Source of the DNA: Haliotis rubra | Lineage: Eukaryota | Length of the DNA stretch: 64,000 nucleotides | Reading direction: 5' to 3' | Assembly: GCF_003918875.1 (NCBI RefSeq) | Contig: NW_025765292.1 | Span: 744,001-808,000, forward strand | Shown here: positions 48,806-62,200 of the stretch, piece after piece | Layout: every line of letters begins with the position of its first letter | Numbering within the stretch: the first letter of the stretch is position 1 | The notes under the pieces: generated by a model | What the model saw: the letters and a program-made list of their open reading frames with translations, nothing else | Databases searched by the model: none | Told to the model about the DNA's origin: nothing | Position numbers and translations under genes: made by a program

Positions 48806-49744
48806 TAGTACACAATGAATTAGAATTGGTACATGTAGTTTGGCCTTGTGGTTTGTGAATCAGTTTGATTCTGCCTTCGCTGTAAGACATCCATCATTTG
48901 TCAGTTTTAAATGTTAAATTTATACTTTTGCTTCCACTTTTGTTAACACTACAGCATAAGCTTCAGTCCTATCAAAAGACCTCATATGAGTCATTTAAAA
49001 ATGTAACATTATTCTGACCATTGTGTTGGTGCAAAGTGACATTGTCATACCCATGCCAGTCACTTTGCATTAATGATTAGTGAGTTTTGTGTGCTGTTTT
49101 TATCACTGTTTTCCTTATTACACCCAGTGACATCTGTTGCGAAAGATAATCAGCTTCTATTATAATCCAGGATTGATGTGTGGAATTTACTAACAATACT
49201 CTTAAGTTTCATTTTATGCAATATGAAGTCAATCTATAAATCATCCTTGGAAATTGGAATTATTTTTCTCAGTTTGCCAGTACACAGGCAATAATCTGTA
49301 AGTCCAAGTACCCTGTTGGCCATTGTGTAAATGTATGACAAGTGTGAGCCTGTCAATAGTATTACAAATTCCAGTATTGTGGCCTCATAGAGGCCTTGGA
49401 ATAATTCCAGCATTAATCTTTACCTCAACTAAACCAAGCACGCAGCATTGCAGTATTGTACCATGGATACAAAGCTTCTGAGCTTGTAAGGTTTTTTTGT
49501 GCTGCAAGCCTGTACTGAGGTTATGCTGCCATGACTCAACATTCATTGCAAGTATTGTAGCGTATGGATAAATATGTATCCTGTTTCTAGTGCATCATAA
49601 AACTTAAAATGTAATGCAGGGGTGTTGAAGGGGATATTAATGGATATCCGTGTTTGGCAAGCGTTGTACCTAAAAGTCTCTTTCCTACAGCGCACTGCTT
49701 CACATCTAACATCTGGCGTCTCCTAAGGAAGAGATTTTGTTCAA

Positions 49745-49900
49745 AATATGCCTCCATTCAATCAGCATTGAATGGATACCCAGTAGGATGACATGGAAAT
49801 GTGACAGATGGATGGCTGCCAGGGATTTATACTCCCCAGGGAGAAGTGAATGAAATTTGAGTGCACACTGATTATTGACTCTGGTAATAATTTATTGCAT
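49745..49900 (+). mobile_element. Possible old Nin/Deu-domain SINE remnant
   Basis: tgaatggatacccagtagga..ggctgccagggatttatactccccagggag resembles the CTCCCCAGGGAG core I recall from Nin/Deu SINEs. Single copy here. Confidence 0.4.
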
Positions 49901-52473
49901 TGATCATAGGTATTGATTTGTTGCATTATGACTGCACATAGTATTGAATAGTGCTGGAGTGATTGCTTGAATAATCAGTCAATCGATCGATCTTGCTTTT
50001 GTCAGTGATGGGCTTGGGTTACTAATCGATGTTCATAAAAAATGAAACATTTAGAAAGTATATTTCTTATTGGTATGTTTGTTAAATCAAGACATAAAAG
50101 AACTGATAGTGTAAACAACATACTCACGTTTGTGTCTCAACAGGAAGTATCCTTGATCATCTTGATCACAGTATTATTGGTGGCTGTTTCATTTGCTCAA
50201 TGTTAGGATTGTGTCTCGTTATTGCTCACATGAGTCTTATGGTGTGATTTACCAATATCTAGATATTGTGAGGAATAACTAGCTCTATTATCGAATAAAA
50301 AATATTTCCGACTAAAATAATTCCAATTCTAAATGTTGAACAATACGCATGTTTCAGATGTTCATTTCTTTTCAAAAAGTTCTTCCTGTTCTTCAACCTC
50401 TGACACATGTGTCCTCATGATAATTACCATGCTCTCCGATGACATATTGTCAAATGTCAACTCTTTTGTGACCTTGACCTTCATTCACAGTTGTAGCTAC
50501 TGGGACACGTGGACAGGACACCACATGTCTTACTTTTACAGGGATTCACAATTTTAGTTACTTCACAATTCAGAACTCAAATGTATTTCTTTACACTCAG
50601 AGCAATTAGTTACTGATCATATTCTGAAGGGACCTGTATTCTATGCCGAATATTGTAACTTTAGTTGTAGAGTGTTAGATGTGACATAAATAATGTATGT
50701 AGCCATTTTTCAATGACCTATATGCAGTGTTGAATATTTGTCAAATATTTAACTACAGACAGGCAAATGTTAAAAGCATGCTAAAGCAAGATCAATGGTG
50801 TATGACAGACTTACAGTCTCCACTCTTAAAAGTGAATGTTTTGAACCTTTGTTGCTTTGAAAAACTCTGTAAACAGATGATACTGCATCAAGGCTGCACA
50901 AGCCTTTCAGTCAATTCTACTAAACTGTTTTCAGTCAGGAATAAAAATTTGTGAAAGTTTGGTTCCCATGTATTGTGTTTATCATGTTAGTATTTCTGGT
51001 ATTGATGATATTTTCTTATTGATGTTATTGAGGCATGAAGTCATGCTTCAGATGAATTCTCTTGATTTTATGACTGTGAATGCTTTTTTAGTGTGTCTAA
51101 GTCTTCAGAAGGTTCATTAAAGACTTTATTGTGAAGTGTGTGTCCTCAATCGATCTCCACTTTTGTGCCCTTAAAGAGACTACTTGATAAAGTGAAACTC
51201 CCTGGGGACCAAAGGTCTCAGATACAATGTGATGTAGCCTGGGATACTGTTCCGTGTAGTTGATGCTACCTGGCAGGCAACACATATCGTTGTATGTGAG
51301 CGCTACTAGAAGGGCAGGACAGTCTTGCCCTTTTTGCATAACTGAGAATCTGTTTTGTTGGAAAGTCGAGACCTGTCATTCTGTAGCACTGACATTCATA
51401 TTTCTTTATCCCACAAGCAGAAACATGTGAATGTGCTCTTTGTTGACCTACTTGGGCTGATATGGCAACAAATGTACATGTCACAAAGTCCGTATTCTCC
51501 ATACACCACAAGGCCTAAACCCAGGAACTGCTACTTAAGACACTATATTATACAACCGATACTTCCGCCTTCTTCGCTCCAGATACAAATCATTGTTATT
51601 TTAGAATTAGGTGCTTCACACTCACAGTCAAGACAAAGCTCTTGTGATTTGATGGAGTGCTTTCTGACAATTATAGAATTACTTGTACTAATGTGGCAGG
51701 GCTGAAGTCCATGCAGTGACATTGCACAGCTAAAAGCAATTATCCATTTGTCAATATTATTTGCATTAGGTAATAAAATAATTTAGTTTTTTTTAAGATC
51801 AAGAATTTAAGTGTTAGTATAACAAAGAATGTTCTAATTACACAAATTTTGTTTTTATACCAACTTTAACTCTGTTTTCAAGATTACACATGAACTTTTA
51901 AGATAATTACATGTTTGTAAAGACAAATCATCTGTTTATAATTTCTTTTTATATTTTTCGATTCTCTCTGGCTGTAAATATGAAAAGAACTTTAATCTTT
52001 GTGAAAAATGTAGCAACCCATAATGATGTAGATACGTGTAAGTTTATTCGTAATTTTAAATTTTCAGTTTGAAACAGTTTAGATGTGTTCAAACATGTTT
52101 TCCATAAGAGGCCAGTTGTAGTCATGGTAGTATTGATTGAGGGTTTATGATCTTACAGCAGTCAACAACCTTATCAGCTAAGGTACTTGTGGGACCCTTG
52201 CTTGACAACTGTCAATTGAATTTTCTAATCCTGCAATGTTAAAGGGTGTATTCACACATTTTCATTGGATAGTAGGTTATATCTTGAAGTACTGTATGAG
52301 TGTTCAAAATGTGAATAGTTTAGAACAAGCCAGCGGCCCAGACATGAACTATTTCAAATTAGTTAGGAAAAAGGTAAATATTTTAATGCTTACCTTACAG
52401 TTTTATTAAAAAATATCATATCTTAAAAACTAAGTGTGTATTCTTTGTGACATGACTCTTCAAACCATACCTG

Positions 52474-52580
52474 GGCCCTGTTCAACAAAGCAATCGTAGC
52501 GCTATGGTGATCGTAACTCCCATACTTTAACATAGACTTACGACTGTCATAGTGCTACAATTGCTTTGTGGAATGGGGCC
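52474..52580. mobile_element. Small PIF/Harbinger-like MITE (CWG TSD)
   Basis: CTG|ggccctgttcaacaaagcaatcgtagcgctatg ... catagtgctacaattgctttgtggaatggggcc|CTG. A decayed inverted relative lies at ~58470-58550. Confidence 0.8.
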
Positions 52581-52720
52581 CTGGACTGAAACATCTGTTT
52601 TGTATTGTGTATGTTTTTAGCCTTTACACAGATAGCAAATGACATATGTATGACAATGCTGTCTTAGTTTATAGTTTAAGGTGAGTGCAAACATATTTTG
52701 ATGATATTCCTTTCTTTTAG

Positions 52721-55286
52721 GTTCCATTCCTCAACATGCCAGTAAGAATGAAGCCGGAACCAGTGGATCCTAACCCGCCCCAGATTCCCTATGTTCAGCA
52801 GCTGGAACATGTTCTTACTAGTCCTCCAATGCTGCGTCCACCAGGACCTGGCCCTTTGTATGTTCCACATAATGTCCAAGTTCTCAACTACAATCCAGAG
52901 CCACCTCCACAACCACATCCACAACCACAAGCACCACAAGCACCACAATCTTCAGCACTAGAGAAGGAGCAGTCACAACAACCTCCGTCACTGGAACCTT
53001 CTGACAAGAATGAAGATGACAATATTGAGGATAGAATTGATGTTGATAGTATCAAAGGAATATTTGGGTGGGCAACTATAGACACTGTCAATGTTCCATA
53101 TATTGTGAGGAAACATAAGAAGTATGTGGCTGTTCGGATTGTAGAGAAGAAACTTTTGAGCAGGTACCCAAACTCTTTTCCTGATGAACTGGGAAAGAAG
53201 GAACCTCTGGTTAGTTATTTTGTGACTGAGAATGAAGCCAAACTACTTGATGAAATTAACCAGGTCCATTGTAGCTGTGAGTATGGACAGCAGGCATTTA
53301 CCTGCAAGGACCTTATAGTTGATATGGCTGAATTTGAGGATTTCTATAATCTTGTTAAAAAGACTTTTCCTGATGACTATTTAGCAAAACTAAGAGGAGA
53401 GATTCCACAACAGCAAGTTCAACAGCCAGTTGAAAATGAAGGAAAGCCAGTTGAACATGTCAAATCAGAATTGGCTAAGGTGTGTGGTTGGGTCCAAATC
53501 AACAATACAGTGTCCCCATATATCAGACGCTACTCTGGAAAGTTTGTTCCCCTATCAGTGATTAAATATGCTGCTGGTTTATTGACTGAGTTGCAGATTG
53601 AAGGAACACTGCCAACCTTAGCTGAGTGCAATTTGCTCAATGAAACTTGTAAAGCTGCTGGATTTGATTTCACATTTGGCCAGAACACAAAAGTTATCCA
53701 CTTATCAGAAGTAACACAACGATGCCAAGTTAGCATTCTTGAGCTTCCATTTGATGATCCACTGAAACATGCTCAGTACATAGACCTTCCTTCACCTACA
53801 AAAGCCCAACAGACAGCACCAAACCAAGTGCCAATAGGACAGAGACCTCCAGGCAGTGTGCAATCCCCCAATGTCAATCCATTTGCAGGATACCCTAGTG
53901 CTCCACCAAATCCTTTCTTCAACATGATGCCAATGATGCCGCAACGGTATCCCCAACAACCTATGGGCCAGTATCCCTTGCCACCTCAAGGACAACGATT
54001 TCCCTTCATGCCTCCACAAAACATGCCTAACCCGAGGTCTAACATGGGCTCTCCACCTAGACAAAGCCTTCCAAGTCCTGGTCAGATGCCCTCACAGCAT
54101 GGTCAATTCCAACCTTCTGGCCGCCCATCACCAAGTCATCCCCAGAGCAGTCCTCTGAGCATGATGTCTCACATGGCTCAAAATGGACAGATGCATCCAA
54201 TGCAGGGGGCATTCCCAGGGCAGATACATCCAGGAAGCATAGGACCCATGAATCCAATGATTCGCCCCGGTCAAACTACACCCATCAGTCAAGGTCCTGG
54301 TATGTCTCCACTGGGGTTAGGTCAAGGCATGAGAATGCCTATGACTGCCCCCACTGAGATGATGCCAAGAGGCCCAATGCTGCACACTGCTCAGATGCCA
54401 CAGTTGTCACCATCTCAAAGTGCTATCTCTCGTTTTCCTAATCCTCATAGCATGCTCCCTGGTCAGCAGATGAATAATCAAAATGGAAAACTGGCAAGCA
54501 CTCCTAATTCTACATATGCAGCAACATCTCCAGCTGCTTCCTCTATATCCAGTAGTCCAAAGACTGTTCCAATCTCTGCACCTGCTCCTGCCAGTATCCC
54601 TACAATGAATGGTGATGCTCCTCAACGTCCACCATCCAATCAGAGCTCGGGCCAAAGCAGGTCTAGTTCGCGGTCATCCTTAGTTGACAAAATCAGTGGA
54701 GTAGTGCTGAATGGAAAGAGCATATCATGCATGCATTTGGATCATGCAGAGAAACCAGGCAAATTCTGCTTAGTGGAAGCTGTGTGTAAATTATATTTTT
54801 CACAAAGTAGTATGAATGAATTTCTCTATGCCCTACAGAATGTGTTGAAGATTCCTTTACATTCATGTAATGAAGATGAAGAAAAGGCTTTCATTCAGTA
54901 TTACAACCTGCCAGTGAGCGTTTTAAAATGTAACAAGATGATCAGTCTGACAGACCTTGAGAAGTACTTCCCACAAATGTCCTACATGTTCAGTCAATGT
55001 GATACACCCACAGAAGGTTCTGAGGACCAGAATGGCACTGCAGGTGATAAGCCTACCACTGATTCTCCTGTACTAGCTTCAGATACCACTTTATCTGCCC
55101 CACCAGCAGAAACTCCAGCAGATGCCAGTCAAAGTTCAACAAGCCTCAAACGGCCTAGTCTTACTTCCCTTTCATCTCCCCCACCTCCAAAACAGCCATG
55201 TCGAAGGCTTGAGGAAATGGTCCAAAAACTCAAGCAATCTCAGAACACAAATGATGGGTCTGAGAAGCCCACAGAGGAACAACAAG
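52721..55286 (+). CDS. Large coding exon: uncharacterised nuclear protein with three Ski/Sno/Dac-like domains and a P/Q-rich region
   Basis: ttcctttcttttag acceptor at 52720, open frame of 855 codons and AAG|gtaagt donor at 55286. ATG at 52736 lies in caacATG context. Domain 3 (LNGKSISCM..KFCL..LKIPLHSCNEDE..LPVSVLKCNKMISLTDLEK) parallels the Ski/Dac domain. The last 23 aa of the ORF-track entry are intron read-through. Confidence 0.95.
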
Positions 55287-56032
55287 GTAAGTTACTGTCA
55301 TTACGTCTGGATAATTACTATGAAAATGACTTACTTCAATTAGGTTTCAACTCTTAAATCTTGCAATTCATGCATAGGTTTTCTCCACAAGTACAGTTGA
55401 CCCAGTTTAACTGGTATTTAGGGGACCATTCGAAAAGCAATTATATTACCGGTAATGCCATTTCTTTCATCACAGTGTATGATAACACAGGCATGATATA
55501 AAATGCTAAAAGAATTTTTTTCATAATTTCACATGATAATAAAGACCATCAACGATGTATTATATGCCACATAGATTTGACATACAGAATAACTATCAAT
55601 CTGTGGCAATGTGTACTTACTGAAATGAAATGTAAGTGTCATTAGTTGTAGCGAGGAATGGTACTTACCAATTAGTGTGTGTCTGTGTGGGGGGTGTTGA
55701 TGCTTTTTCAACACTCAATTCATCATAGGATTCTTCCCTCATCAATTTTCCAGGACGGTCCAAGAATTTGGCTCCATTAATCAACTATATGTAGTTCAGA
55801 TGTGAGGCAATGGAAGAAATTGTTTCATTGATATTCCGGGAAACACACTTAAAATTATAAGTAACTGGGGAGGATTTTGTGGCTGTATTATTTTGAAGTA
55901 CAATTCAAAATCTTAATCTCCAAATTTTGAAACTGATTAAAAATGGGTCAGAGGCCATTTACAAGCATAAAATCAGACTTGTTCAAGTCTTTTGTCCATG
56001 TTATTGGTTCCTCATCAATGTCCATGTTGCAG

Positions 56033-56127
56033 AGGAAGACCAGAAGCCTGTCACTCTTCCTTCCCCTCCAGTAGCAACTGATGAGGGGGAAACTGGTAGG
56101 AAAGAAGAAGTCATTGTGCTAGACTGA
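56033..56127 (+). CDS. Terminal coding exon ((E)EDQKPVTLPSPPVATDEGETGRKEEVIVLD*)
   Basis: tgttgcag acceptor; phase 1 matches the 55286 donor. Ends in a SIM-like EEVIVLD and TGA. Confidence 0.88.
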
Positions 56128-56171
56128 GCCAGCTAAAGAAGAGAAGAGTTTTACTTAAACAGTTTGGAGAG

Positions 56172-56255
56172 GTGCTGATCTATGTGTTGCTGAAGGACTG
56201 GCGTGTGTATGATGTGCTGATCTATGTGTTGCTGAAGGACTGGCGTGTGTATGAT
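56172..56255. repeat. Exact 42-bp tandem duplication
   Basis: gtgctgatctatgtgttgctgaaggactggcgtgtgtatgat occurs twice. Confidence 0.95.
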
Positions 56256-59200
56256 CTCCAAGAACACTGTGCATGGAGTTTCTTCCAGACTGATTTGAAA
56301 AATGGACCACCAGTATTCTTGTGAAAGTCAGTCATTTATTGTGGTCAGTTGAATGATGTGTACAAATTACATTTTTGAGAACTTAAGTCACACTCTGTTG
56401 GTCAGTGATTAATGTTTATTTTGTGAGAACTGTTTTCATAAACTTACACAGAAGACACAACACTGGGCAAAGGACATGAAGCACTCTCACAAACTTGAGG
56501 ATGAATATTGGAGAAGACAGTGTAAAGTCTTGTTTGAAACCCTGAGGTAATTGTTGTGACCCATAACTGAAGATATTTTGTCTTCTTTTGTGATCAAGAA
56601 CAAGAAATTCATTTTGTTTTTGGACTCTGAAGCATTTTGTGACATAGTATACAATGCTGTCACATTATTTATTTTGCAGTGTACTGTTCTTTCTTTGGAG
56701 AATTCAGGGTATCAAGTGTAATGGTGCAACACACTTTACAACTGCATTTATTGCTTATATGTGATGAAAAACTACTAAATGTATCTTGAGGCAAAATGTT
56801 TATGCACGATTATTTTATGAGAATGAGCATCAGAAACAGAGAAGCTGTTCTGTGAATGCAGCTGTTTGTTTTTGTGTGTGACATGGCTTCCTGAATCAAA
56901 GGACCATCCTTGGTGATGACCACAGTTGGCGCATGTTAAGTATGCATGTGGTAAAGATTTCTTTGAATCTCTGTTATTCGTGTCAGAGAGAAAGGAAGAG
57001 GGTACAGCCAGAACCACAAGGAAGAGCTGTATGTGGGGTTTCTCTTGAAAGAGTGACCATCTTCAAGCTGGAAATGAGAGTGAATAATTGGCTACCGTAC
57101 GTGATCGGATCATTCAACACAAGGCTGCTATTGACAGTTACTGATAAAAGAGTTTCCACTGCCAAGTCAGAATGGTGACCTGAGCTTATGCAGGGGTTTG
57201 ATCACAAAGGAGTTCCATGACAGTATATCATTGACAGTGTGAGGAGTCCTGCCAAGGGAACAGTTGTTTCCTTTTTTTGTAGTTGTCTTTGCACTAGCCT
57301 TCATTTATTTTTGTTTAGGCCACTGCTACTTCCATGACACCTTTTGCATCAAGGCTAAAATAATTCTTTGATTCTCAGGCACCACTTGCATCTAGACAAC
57401 TGTGCTTGTGAGCTTCAAGTATATATGTTACCATTTTGACCAAAAAATACAGCACACACTTGCACCATTTTGTCAGAGTCCATCTGAGAATTCATTTTGT
57501 TTTGTTGCCTGTATATGTTATCCATGATAATCCATATAATTTGTGAGGAATATTACTGAAGATGAACTTGAACTAAAACTCTATGAAGATAATCATGATC
57601 AAAGATGTGTGAAATGTTTACATGCTGAGTTACCATTTTTGAGAATGGTCCATATGCAGAGGTATGCAGTATTTGTTTATTAATTTTTTTGTTGCTGTGT
57701 TTGTTTTTTCACTGAAATGAAATCCATGTACATTGTTTAAGACTAGTTACAAATGTTTAGTGTACTTGTGTGTCTTTGACTTGTAACATATACTACACAT
57801 AGTGCTGTGTGAATATTGAAATGTAATTCAACTGGAAATACCTGATGGCAATCTGTAATATCTTTTGTTGTTTTTCACATTTAGGAATGCACTGGAGCAT
57901 TAACTGAAAACACAATCCCATTTGAGAACAATGTCTGCCAGAGTGTAAGGACTGCTGTGTTTAATGATAACGTCACACAATGTACAGTGGATATCAAGAC
58001 AGACATGTTCTAATGTGCACTTATTACCTTAGAATAAGAACAACAAAGCTATCGTTAAATTCACGCAAGAGTTAGAAAACCTTTTACTGGTTGTGATGTG
58101 AAGTAACACTACATATTAGTAATTTTGTCAGCTATTTCCAGGAGAATACTATGTCCGCTTTTGTGACCTGATTCATGCAAGAATCTGCTCGGAATTGTTA
58201 ATAGATGAAGTGTTAGATATGTCAGCACACAGAATTTTAACTTTCATACAAATTAAGGCATAACATTTTACCATATTGCAAATATTTTGTTAAGAAATGA
58301 GATCATACAAAACTTTGCAGTATTTTACTGATCTGTTTAACAATAAGACTGAATGCGTGTAGGTGAGAACATTTGATTGTCCCAAACAACCTGATCAAAT
58401 AGCCCTACTTCCTAATTCATACTGGATGAAACACAAGCCACCTTAAGGATCAGGGTCCACTTAAACAATACAATCTTAGTTCTACGACTATCATAAGTCT
58501 GTGTGAAAGTCTGGGCGTTATAACTGTTGTGGCACTAAGATCACTTTGTGCTTGTAGACCGATGAAGTCATGTCCTTCTTAAAATTCACAAGTTTGTTCT
58601 CTTGTGTTGAATTGTTAGTCATTCAATAATCTGTTAATACCATGCCATTACTTAGACCAACTTAGATTCTATTTAACCATGTATGTTTTTGTATACATAT
58701 CCTGTACAGAGCTTCCACTTCACAGTGCTATATGTGTTGTGATCATGTGTCACTACTTATCATAGTCAGTTTCTATATTGGCTGTTGTATGTCTTGTTTT
58801 TAGCAGGTTATTATTGAGTGTATGTGTTTGACATTCATTGGCATCATTTTGCCTGAGATTCTCACTAGTGGTCTGTTGTATGGAACCGAGCAAACCTTTG
58901 AATCTTTGTAACAAGGTTTTCTTCCTGATTTAACATTCATTGAATTTTCAAATAATGCCAAAATATATCATTTAATGCATATTGTAGAAAGGCATGGTTG
59001 TCGTATAAATATTTTTTCTAATTGTTGGAACTGATTTTAAGTTGTATGTGATCAAAACCTTTTCACCTGTAAATCATAAGATAAAACATGTTCTCATTGA
59101 CTGTATCAATTATGTTTTTTGTTTTCCAGCATTGACCTTTGAGTAAAATATGAGCAGCGGCACTACAATGTTATTTTGCAGATAAAATGCAGTACATTGC

Positions 59201-62200
59201 TCGATGAAGGTATGTTGGTAGAGTTGGTACCTTCATATTTGATGCAGAACGTCTTGTGTATTGGTAATAGAAGAAGAATCGGACAGACATCATTCAACAC
59301 ATTATCTTGATTGTCATTATATAAGGCAAGCATGATCATGATTGTGATCTGACAAGGATTGGGGATTAATTATTTCAGTATGTAATTGGTAAGGTAAAGC
59401 AAAAGGTTAATTTGGACCTATTGGAAGATTGTTCTTTAACACAGGATAAGGATAAATGTTATTCTTTGTGTTGACATCATTTCGTGAGGTGTTAAGGCAG
59501 GTTTAACAATCAGAATTGAATATAAGTCTTAAAATTTGATTTGTTGTCCATTATTCAAACTTATGTAAACAAGATTTATAATGTTCCCGAATTAAGTAGT
59601 AAAGTTATTCATAGATTTAACTACGATGGCCAAACTGATTATGTTAATGTCATAGCTGATAATTACCTAACCATTAAGTTTACTCATGCATAAGTTTATT
59701 ATGTTGTTTGAAGTGAGCATTATATGTATGCAGTGTTTTTGGCATTGATATTTAGGCAAATCTTTTCAACTATGAGCTTGTTTCATGGTCCTGGAAAGTG
59801 TAAACAACATCTGTTGTCAGATTAAGCAGTTCTAAAATTATTCCAGTCTTTTAAATAGGGCTAAAATGGCACTGCTCTGAACAGATCTGATATTAATTTG
59901 TCATTGTTTAATGGTCCTTTACACTGTAGGTGAGCTACAGAGTCTCATGGCTCTGTTTCAAAAAGACCCTGGTGTGAATCTCCCTACTCATTGTCATGGT
60001 ACCCAAACCATTCAGATACCATTCATATCAACATAGTGTACAGTTAGTTAACTTTGTATAGTGATTATTTCTTACATGTGCACTTTGGTTTTGTGTCCAT
60101 GTTGTACATTGTCAACACGTTAAGTTTGTATACATGTTGTACAGATTTTGAGGCTTCTGAACCAGAGGTGCAGGTCAATAGTCATCGTGGTACATTGTCT
60201 GTTTGACATCTTTCCTGCAGGCCCTTTTTTTAAAGTCAGGAAAGCATGTTTATGGCATTTGTAAGGTATGTGAGTTAGTTATCCTACAAACAAGTGAATG
60301 CTGTAACTTGAAATCTGGATATTATCAACCTAAAGCGCTGAAGTATGAACCTCTTCTTCATGCTGAATACAAGAATGCTAAGGTAATTCACTGGACTTGC
60401 AGAAATGGCAGTTTTAAGAGTTCCACAATTTCTCAGACAAATCAGATTTGCAGCCACTCTCAATGCCCCTTTGTTTTAAAAGTATTTCGGTGTGCATAGA
60501 TCAATGTGCATACATGTCCACGCTGTATGTGGTGTGTGCTGAAACATGTCAAACCGTTTCTCTGTGTTGTCAACTTTGTTGGTAAGGTCTGTAACAGACA
60601 ATGATATCAAGTGACACAAAATTCTGATCAATCTTTAGCCTAATTTTAAAAATGTCATCAGTTATGTGAGTGTTGTATAATATGATGTCAATGCTACTTT
60701 ATATGCCAGTTTTATGACCTCATGTTACAAATATTTTTTGAAGTCCTTGTTCCATGATGCTGAAACAAAAAGTGAAATGCCCAACCAAGGCTTTCAGTAA
60801 AAAGTAGATGATAACATGTTAACACTATAGATTTGTTTTGCAGTATTGCAGATAGATTAAAATTGTCATGAGCAACAACCATTATGGCTTAAACTGCCAT
60901 GGACTTTCTTTGACTAGTTCTGAAGATACACATTTAACAGAAACTGCTAGAAAGTAATAGCACTTAATCTCTGGACCAGTGCTCCTCCTTATTGCCACAA
61001 AATGGTCACAGTGATGGATTTGTTGCTTTGTGAGAGTATCCTTGGCTGCCATCACAAACTGTAATCCATTTACAAAGTTATATTACACAATGTCTTCTTG
61101 CTACTGTGATACAGAAATCATTCTAGGTCATTAAGTTCCAATTAATGAGTACTAATTCTGCTCATGCTTCATGGAATCCTAAAAATATTCAAAAAGTATT
61201 TTGAATAGTATAATGTATGATAGACTATCATTTCATTAATTTGGTAACGTAGCATTAAGCTCAGCACCCTTGCAGGACAGTGAGGACAAACCAATATGTT
61301 GGTAAAGTTTTCTACTTAAGTGTTTATTCTAAAGAGAACTGTTATAAAGGCAGTGAAATGGGAATCAGCATTTATTGTTTCTTTTGAAAATGATATACAA
61401 AATGCCTATAAAAATTGGGACTTTGCATTTCACACTACAACTAAAGGGTGTCATTGCCATGTAACAGGGAGAAAGATGGTAAAGAGCAGGGTGAAAATGA
61501 CAAAATGACCTGGAAATGAAAAACAATATTTTGTCTTTTGTGTCAGAAGTTAGAACGTGAAGTGAGTAAAATGTAAACTTTTTAGATGTTATTTTGTAAC
61601 ACGCATCAGTCTTTCATTTGTTGCTTTAGTGAATATATATTATAATGAGAAAACGTTATGTCCACATAACTCACTTTATTGGTTTGTTGGAACAATATGA
61701 AGCAGAGACGTTTTTACCTGAAGAGTGTGTACATGAACTAGATGCATTGGAAGTATAGTCGACTCCAGAACAGGCATATGCATACTCAGACTATGGAGGA
61801 GTTGTTTTCTTAATATAAGGAAGCAGAAACATTAAGATTTCTTCCAGGCATTATGTTCATGAAATGAATGGAAAATTTTAAATGGCATTACTTATTTTTG
61901 ATAAAACATTCATTTATGATGAGTGGCATATTTAATCATATCAAAACCATTATGAAAGCAGTGTTTTATTTCTAGTCCTTTACATTACAATTATTTGAAA
62001 GGTCAGTATTTCCTTTTCCATGTATAGTTATATAGTTTCATTCTGCCATTTTGATTTTGCAAGGGCATTATCTAAGATAGAAATCTACATTTCTATGATA
62101 TGTGAGCAGTGTGTACAATGTATGTAACAATACAATTATCTTGCTAAAAGCTCTATGCTTATTAAATGGTTTGCAGTCAGCATTGTTGTAAATAGCTTTA

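Noticed and set aside
52621-52680. Possible 60-bp exon (ttttag...aag|gtgagt) just before the large exon
   Set aside because: It has an in-frame TAG, and the following intron would be only 40 nt.
52676-55343. Short antisense and alternative-frame ORFs overlapping the large exon
   Set aside because: Shadows of the real coding frame.
55287-55357. C-terminus of the 873-aa ORF as given in the track
   Set aside because: A consensus donor at 55286 and a phase-matched terminal exon at 56033 indicate intron read-through.
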